Assembly: GCA_951406725.2 (NCBI GenBank)
Contig: OX597822.1
Location: forward strand, 74,214,001-74,278,000
DNA: 64,000 nucleotides
Direction: 5' to 3'
From: Octopus vulgaris
Taxonomy: Eukaryota
Shown here: piece by piece, positions 55,864 through 64,000 of the stretch
How positions within the stretch are numbered: position 1 is the stretch's first letter
How the letters are laid out: each line of letters begins with the position of its first letter
Translations under genes and position numbers: made by a program
The notes under the pieces: model-generated
What the model was told of the DNA's origin: nothing
The model's database searches: none
The model's input: the letters and a program-made list of their open reading frames with translations, nothing else

Positions 55864-55918
<55 letters not shown>

Positions 55919-56864
55919 ACATGCAAACCAAAGATTTCATCGAAACCTCCAGACTAACCGAAGTTTTGATGAACCAATTCATACCAGGAATAACTTGCCT
56001 CCAAGACTTTGCCCCCAACACAGCCACTTCAGGCGGTCGACGAGGCGGGACATGACTAGACAACATAACCTCTCCCTCCAACCATATCACAATATTAAAA
56101 ATCAATTAAACCCAAACTACATTAGCCACAGACGATATAACAACCCTCAGTACGACGTTAATCGAGTACACTCCACCACAAACATACTACCATAGACACA
56201 ATTTACACCCACCTTTCCCTCAGCAAACCAAACAAAATACAGACCTTCCACTACAATCCACATACTACAACCATTTTTAGACGCAAACCAGAGAAACAGA
56301 GGTGTGAAATGGAAACAAATAAACAAGTCCAACCGAAAATAATCAACCTGTCAAAGAAAATCCTGAGTTCTATACAAATCAAAATCCTAGCAAGAGGTCT
56401 AAAATTTACTCCCTACCCCCCGCAGATCGAATCCAAATGAAATTAAGGAAAATACTTTGGACTTCTGCCGAAAATTACGCCTCACAGAAGCTCTTTACAA
56501 ATACACCAGTTAAGATGATTCAATAGTGAAAAACAAAAGTGAGTACCATCCTACAAAAGGTAGAAATAAAGCACTTGATGTTTTCTGTGATCACATAACT
56601 TGTTTTCCTTACAATACCATTCCAAAACAACATATCAAATCCAACCTTAATTTAAATTAATGGAAAGACCTTGTCGAGCTAAAAAAAATGACATAAACCT
56701 CACTATTAAAGAAGCCGACAAAGGAAGTGCGGTAGTATTGATGAATACAGAGTACTACAAAAAATTAATACATTCCATGTTGGAAAATAATACTTACTAT
56801 GAAAAACTAACATATTACAACCCACAGAAAACACTGAAAAACTTATCCTCCTTACTCCAAATTC

Positions 56865-57992
56865 ATGGAAAAGGGTCTTACAACACATGAAATTGACTAT
56901 TTATCCAATTTCAAATACAGTCCTAGTCTATTCTACGGATTACCCAAAATGCATAAAAATCCACTCATTTGTGAAGCCTGCAAAGTCTCTACAAGCCTAT
57001 GCATTAATGTCCCTCCCCCTACTGACCTCAAACTCAGACCCATCATAGCTGGGCCTTCTTGCGAAACCCACCGTTTGAGTAACTTCCTCGACATATTACT
57101 CAAACCTCTTTTAAAATATGTGAAAAGCTATATCAGGGATGACCTAGACATGCTGAACCACCTCCCGAAGACAGTAAAGGACGGAACTCTACTGGTATCT
57201 TTCTATGTGGTGAATCTATACACTAATATCCCACACGACTATGGTATAGAAGCAATCACATTTTGGCTAGAAAAATACCCAGAAGAGATCCCAGGACGAA
57301 TTAACCACAATTTTATAATTGAAGCACTGAAATTCGTCTTGTTGAACAATCATTTCTTGTTCGATACTACTTACTATCGACAGAAATGCGGAATTGCAAT
57401 GGGGACCAGAGCTGCTCCAGTGATTGCAAACCTCGTGATGGGTTACCACGAACTTAAGTTATACCAATCATCACTAGAAAAATATGGCGCCTCTTTTAAT
57501 TGCTACTTAAAGGAGAACTGGAAGAGATATTTAGATGATTGCTTCATACTTTGGCAAGACAGCATGGATCAACTCCTTGATTTCAAAAGAATGCTCAACA
57601 ACATACACAGCAATATACAATTCACTATGGAACACAACAGTAAGCAACTCCCTTTTCTAGACATCTTAATTAGAATAGTTAACAACCACATAGAAACAGA
57701 CATCTTTTATAAACCCACAGATTCTAAACAATACCTATTATTTAACTCCTGCCACCCCAAACACATAAAAATCAAGATACCCTTTAACCTAGCAAAAAGA
57801 ATCTGCACCGTAGTTTCCGATACATACACTCGAGAACATAGACTCCTTGAACTTAGATCTACACTAACTAAAAGATATTACCCAATCTCGTTAGTAAATG
57901 AAGGCATCAAAAGAGCTAAGGAAATAGATATACAAAGGTTAAGGAAAACTAGCCGAAATACTAAACAAGACTTTAAAATACTCCACACATAA
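56865..57992 (+). pseudogene. PLE reverse transcriptase domain
   Basis: FYGLPKMHK, LRPII, VNLYTNIP, GIAMGT, RYLDDCF, LPFLD, YKPTD, SCHP; the first catalytic Asp position reads Y (SFYV). Confidence 0.93.
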
Positions 57993-58169
57993 CCCCAGAA
58001 ACAACGAAGCCTTCAACATCATCACCCAAAACCTTCCCATCCCCACAGCAGACAAAACGATGAACGAAATTTTAAGCTAATATAAAATTATAAAAAGCAA
58101 AAAGCTACCGAAGTCACTGAAAAAATATTAACCATCGCTAGATTTTACCCACTACCAACTGAGCCAAAA

Positions 58170-58598
58170 GTGACAAAATGTGGACGTTCTAACTGTGGAA
58201 CATGCCCCCACATTCTGGAGGGTTCAGAATTCCAATTCAAACAAGGAGAAATATTTAAGATCAAATCAAATTTCACCTGCGCCTCAGCAAATGTAATCTA
58301 TGTCATGACATACATAGGATGTGGTAAACTCTATATTGGACAAACAGGAATTTCGCTCCGTCAAAGAATCACCATTCACAAAGAGCAAATCCGTCACTCA
58401 CAATACAGACAGTTAAAGGTGAGTGAACACATAGAAAGATGTTCCAGGAATCTTAATCCCAATTTCCAAATATTTCCATTTTACCAATGTTCACAGAACA
58501 CCACAATGCAACAAAGGTTGAATAAAGAGGCATTTTTCATCAATAAATTTCTCCCCCAACTAAACATGAACACACAACTCAATACAGAACACCACTAA
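58170..58598 (+). pseudogene. PLE Cys-rich linker + GIY-YIG endonuclease
   Basis: CGRSNCGTC, NVIY..GCGKLYIGQT, RQRITIH, VSEH, KEAFFI..LN. Confidence 0.92.
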
Positions 58599-59012
58599 CT
58601 CTTCAATTGAAACCACTAAACCCTATACAATTCCTACACCACTCACATCTCTAAATCCAGAACTACTTACCTCCCTTACAAATAATCTTTTTCCTCAGGA
58701 ACTATTAGACCTGACACCTCACATCATGGACGCTTCTCTCTTCCTCTTTTCTCTCTCGGTCTTTTTGCCTCACTCTTCGCCTCATCCTATTTTTCTCTCT
58801 CCTTTTTCTTTCTCTTCTCTTTCCCTTCAACTAATCACGTGAAAGCGTTGAAATTACATTCCCTCTACCTCACGTCATGGACGCTTCTCTCTCCCTCTTT
58901 TTCTCCCTCTCTCTTTTTCTCCCTCCCTCTTTTTCTCTCGTCCTCTTTTCTTTCTCCCTCTTTTTCTCTAATTACAGGAAAGTTTTACCGACGGGCTAAC
59001 TAACGCAATAAC

Positions 59013-59102
<90 letters not shown>

Positions 59103-59103
59103 T

Positions 59104-59147
<44 letters not shown>

Positions 59148-60199
59148 CTGCTCCACTACATCACTTAGCCAATATGGCTACACTACCACTGTCATAAGCG
59201 CTATATCTACAAAATACACAAATACACACACATACATACATACACACACACACACAATCAACAGTCATAAGGTAATATGTAGATAACATTGATAGTTCTA
59301 GTAATACTTTCCACTACAAGAACACCAATATCAATACCCTCAGTCTCAGATTACGTAATACGTGCTCATAGAATAACAACCATCATATTTTTAATCATCA
59401 TCATCATCATCATCAGTAGTAGCAGCAGCAGCAGCAACAACAACATCGTTAATTTAACAACAGTAGCAGTATAATTAACAACAACAACAACACTAATAAA
59501 AGCAAACGTGCGCTGTGTCTATTCTTTCAATAGTGTAAAAACTTCAAAACTACAACTGCGATACGAAATGGTGAAGGTGCCGGAAGTGGTGGTGGTGGTG
59601 GCGGCGGCGGTGGTGGTGGTGGTGGTGGTGGTGGTGGTGGTGGTGATGGTGGTGGTGGTGGTGGTGGTGGTGGTGGTGGTGGTGGTGGTGGTGGTGGTGG
59701 TGGTGCTAGTGATGGTGGTGCTAGTGGTGGTGGTGGTGGTCGTCGTCGTCGTCGTGGCGGGATGTTAATGTAACGGTGGTGGTGTTAGTGGTGGTGGCGA
59801 TGATAATGGTAATGGTGGTGGTGATCGTCGTGGTCGTGGTCGTTGTCGTCGGGGTCGTTGTCGTCGTCATCTTCTTCATCGTCATCAGATGCCGCGTCGT
59901 GGAAGTCATTGTGGTTTTGGTGGCGATGGTGGTAATAGTCGAGATCGTTCGGGTGGTCGTGGTGATCATGCTTTTGGTCACGTCCGTCAAAGAACTGGTG
60001 GCTGGGTTGTGGTGGTGGTGGGCGGTGGCTGGCTGTGGTGGCGGCGGTTTCGGAAAGTGCAAGAAATGGGGCATGGACGACGATAGTAAATGAACGACAC
60101 GACAAGAAATCTCGTTTCTCGAAAGCTTTCGGTGGAATGACCCTCACTCGATAAAGACAAAATTGGAATGGCGACGGCATAAGATCTGGGATCAACATG

Positions 60200-60243
<44 letters not shown>

Positions 60244-60809
60244 CACATACATACACATACATACATACATACATACATACATACATACATACATACATAC
60301 ATACATACATACATACATACATACATACATACATACATACATACACACACATCCATACATATAAATACACACGTGTGAATCTATATATGTATGCATGTAT
60401 GGATGGATGGATGCACGCATGTATGTATAAACAGATATACACGTGCACATGTGCATGTTTACAATCTATACGGTAGTGCCTACATCGAGACTCACATATA
60501 TATACCATGTATATATGCTGATAAGCGCAAATATAAACATTCATATCAATACATAGATATATACACATATGTACATTTATGCATGCAGAGACATATTCAT
60601 AAATACATACACGCATTCGTATATGCATGCGTAGATACGTATATACATACATACATACATGCGTATATGCATATACGCATGCATGTTATGCATCTTCAGT
60701 TACATAAATATGTACATACATGTTCGTGAAGATATGTGCATATATGACTAGTTGTTTGCACAATGGCACGTTAGAGAATACGATAAATAGACAGAAACAC
60801 AAACATTCA

Positions 60810-60856
<47 letters not shown>

Positions 60857-60968
60857 TTCCTTATTATGTATGTGTATGTTTACGCATATATAAGTATATA
60901 TGTATACGTATATGTGTGTAAATATATGTATATGTATTTATGTGTATATATACATATATATATGTATG

Positions 60969-61038
<70 letters not shown>

Positions 61039-61160
61039 CATATATATATAAATGTAAATACATATATATATACATATACATACATATTCATATATACGCA
61101 TATATATGAATGTATATATATATATGTGTTTGTGTATGTGTGTGTATGTCTACATGTATG

Positions 61161-61213
<53 letters not shown>

Positions 61214-62060
61214 CTATGTACATATATATGTATACATACATGCATGCATACATAGGTTCATAGACAGCGATGCACAGACGCGCGCGCACATAATTAAGCG
61301 CCGCAAGATGATAGCAACTCATACGCACAGCTTCGCGAATGCGCATGCGTGTTGCTCTACTATACAAACATCAACATCTTCAATATCATATTAAAAACAC
61401 ACCAACACAAGCACAAACACAAATATACAGCAACACATTCCAAGAATTTATATAATCTTCATTCTCTATAAACATTTATATAACCAATAATGAAAACACC
61501 TAACATTCCCCCCACCTATTCTTCCCCCCAACCCTTCTTCCAAAATTCCTCTTCCTCTGTCACATTCTTGCGCTCATTCGCAGCTTCGCAGACATAAACT
61601 GGATCGCTCATATAAAAAGTAGTTTGCCTCGAGTCTATAAAAAACTGGAGTTTATCCGGGTTTCAGAAACGTTTTGTTCAATGTACGAAACACCAATCCA
61701 AAGCAAAGCTAACTGAATGAACCGGTGCAACACAAAATGAAGACTCTTGCTGAAGGGCTCAACGCTCAAGTATATAAGAATCATTTTTTTATTTTTACTT
61801 GTTTCAGTTATTAGGCTGCGGCGCCAAGCTTGGATGTCACCTTGAAAAGGTTTTTCTTAGTGGTACGAAGCGACCTCATTTTCTTTTAAGACCAACCACT
61901 TAATCCGTCGAATCTTATGTCGAACCGCTAATGTAAACACGGAAACGTAAACACGGGGATGTAACAATATCATCACCGGTTGTCAAGCGGTAGTGAAAAT
62001 AAATACACACACAAGCAAACACACACACACACAAATAGATAGACAGATAGATAGATAGAC

Positions 62061-62150
<90 letters not shown>

Positions 62151-62279
62151 ATGTGAAATGTAAATCTTGTTCCTTGCATTAAAAATGTATTCTAGTGTTC
62201 GTTTCACTGGACATGTTGATAGCAAAAACTGTATTATTCGATTATTCTATTATCGATTTCAGCGAGAGGATCTCACCAT

Positions 62280-62610
62280 GGTGGGGCACCGCCATTAGCG
62301 CTAATACTTCTTCATTTTAACACTATTCCTGGTCATGTCTCTGGAATCGGTCTTGGGGAATTAATGAGGCGGACAGAGTTTCTCTACCTTGCGTTTCTTG
62401 CCGTCATATGGGTTTATCTTAGATAAAAAAAACTTGTCTAATTTTTCCTTCGACACATCCATATCTACGCCTTGAAGATCTCTGAAACCTTTTTAGCAAT
62501 GCATCGAAAACTTGAGGGCCTTTGAAACCTAAGCTGTTACAGTACTGGACCCTTACACAGGAAGGACTGGGCCGAATCGTGAGGGCTACGCAGCGGCACC
62601 CAGTCCGGTA
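62280..62610 (-). mobile_element. CR1/L2-like LINE 3' remnant
   Basis: minus strand KGPQVFDAL..DLQGVDMDVSKEKLDKF resembles the GP.LFN.LP..FK.KLD tail of such RTs. Confidence 0.55.
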
Positions 62611-62798
62611 TATATGTCTACAGTGTATGTATGTATGTATGTACGTATGCCATTATTCAGTTTATTTCAAGGTTTCTTGCCAATAGAGAAAGAACCGGTT
62701 TCTAACCTATATCCAAGGCCCCTTCATTGGAATTTCAACATCAACAACAGGGTATCTTTGTATGCATGTATGTATGTATGTAAGTATGTGTATATATG

Positions 62799-62844
<46 letters not shown>

Positions 62845-63430
62845 TGTATGTATGTATGTATGTATGTATGTATGTGTATGTATGTGTTTATGTATGTATG
62901 TATGTATGTATGTATGTATGTATGTATGTATGTTTGTATGTATGTATGTATGTATGTATGTATGTATGTATGTATGTATGGGAAGATTTGTATGTCTTAT
63001 GTATGTATTCTCATGCATATACTTGCTTATCTAGACATACTCATATATACTTAAATGATAAACTTCTGGAAAGTTTTACAGATTTTTACAGTTCCACTGA
63101 TGGATTGGATCCGTAGTCTTCGAATTAGCTTCCTCTTCTCTGGTTTTGGGAAGTCTAATTTCGCAAGATTGGTGTATGTATGTATGTTTGTATGTATGTA
63201 TGTATGTATGTATGTATGTATGCATGCAGGTAGGTAGGTAAGCAGGTAGGTAGGAAGGAAGGAAAGAAGGAACGAACGAACGAACGAAGATTTTGTAAAC
63301 AAACTTGAGAAGCGGTGAGTGTGTGGGTATTTTACAGATAAGAAAGTAAATTCCGAACGCAGTATAGCGGTGAAAAGAGCCGAGAAAAATTGAGTAAATA
63401 CCCACTCTTTCTCGGATGTTTTCACACGCA

Positions 63431-63484
<54 letters not shown>

Positions 63485-63494
63485 TATATAGAGT

Positions 63495-64000
63495 ACGTAA
63501 GGTATTTGAGGACATACCTTTTTGGGGGTCATTGTTGCATTTTTGCCAACTCTGTATTATCTTTGTTTCAGGAAATAATAATCGCAGACTTTCAGCTTAC
63601 TCAAGAACTGAAGAAGCATGCTGTTATTATGGTTATAAAGGCTGAGCATAGTGATTTAGAAATATCTCGATTTTTAAATGGTGTCAGATCTTTCGTCTAC
63701 AAAGTTTATAATGAGTTAGAGACTGAAGATGAAAATGTATCACCAGTATCAAAGCATAAAAAGCATTCTAAATGCTCTGAAATCATCAGAACACCTGAAT
63801 TTATCCTGCAAATTTAACAGACCTTGATTACAGTCCCAGAAAGTCCATGAGGTCAATTGCAAAAGGAACAGCCAGAAATGTTGTCCACGAAGACATCAGA
63901 TATATCTTATATGATGAGGAAAGGTCAATTTGTCAGAAAAAAGCAAAAGAAAATCACTACATCATATCCAAAAGGCTCTTAAACAAACTGAAAAATCCAG
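63495..64000 (+). mobile_element. Tc1/mariner (maT/DD37D-like) transposase 5' part, decayed, runs off the window
   Basis: KKHAVIMVIKAEHSDLEISRFL..RSFVYKV..IRTPEF, then KSMRSIAK..RNVVHEDIRY (paired HTH region). Confidence 0.7.

Larger units (their letters stand above)
55916..58970 (+). mobile_element. Penelope-like retroelement (Neptune/Naiad-type architecture), frameshifted
   Basis: starts at a (TA)n tract; IINLS..RGLKFTP, IKEADKG, RT and GIY-YIG domains; pyrimidine-rich 3' region with a short repeat (58716, 58867). Confidence 0.93.

Noticed and set aside
59508-60093. Val/Thr/Gly-rich ORFs in a GC-richer patch
   Set aside because: (GGT/GTC/GAT)n mosaic open in several frames; no recognisable protein.
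61270-61645. CpG-rich patch with GCGCATGCG and TATA-like motifs
   Set aside because: Embedded in alternating purine-pyrimidine microsatellite decay; no downstream gene evidence.

Overview
AT-rich, repeat-saturated eukaryotic (animal) DNA with no recognisable host protein-coding gene. The SINE/LINE/microsatellite landscape resembles a cephalopod (Octopus-like) genome; this is inferred, not searched. Nearly all ORFs in the supplied track are translations of microsatellites or SINEs. The real coding remnants are all transposon-derived: a frameshifted Penelope-like element (RT + GIY-YIG, ~55.9-59.0 kb), stacks of R4/Dong-type LINE 3' fragments in (TAA)n tracts, RTE- and CR1/L2-like LINE tails, hAT ends and a Tc1/mariner (maT-like) transposase start. 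RNA features are a tRNA-Gly(GCC) gene, an inverted anticodon-deleted copy of it, and a U6 snRNA copy fused to a SINE 3' half. The most striking signal is a set of short modules, mostly flanked by (TA)n, that carry minimal type-I hammerhead ribozyme motifs with palindromic helix III. They include compensatory core variants at the 3:8 pair (C:G, G:C, U:A), an A6U family, and fold-back modules with one hammerhead on each strand. Coordinates were read by eye and may be off by a few bases.
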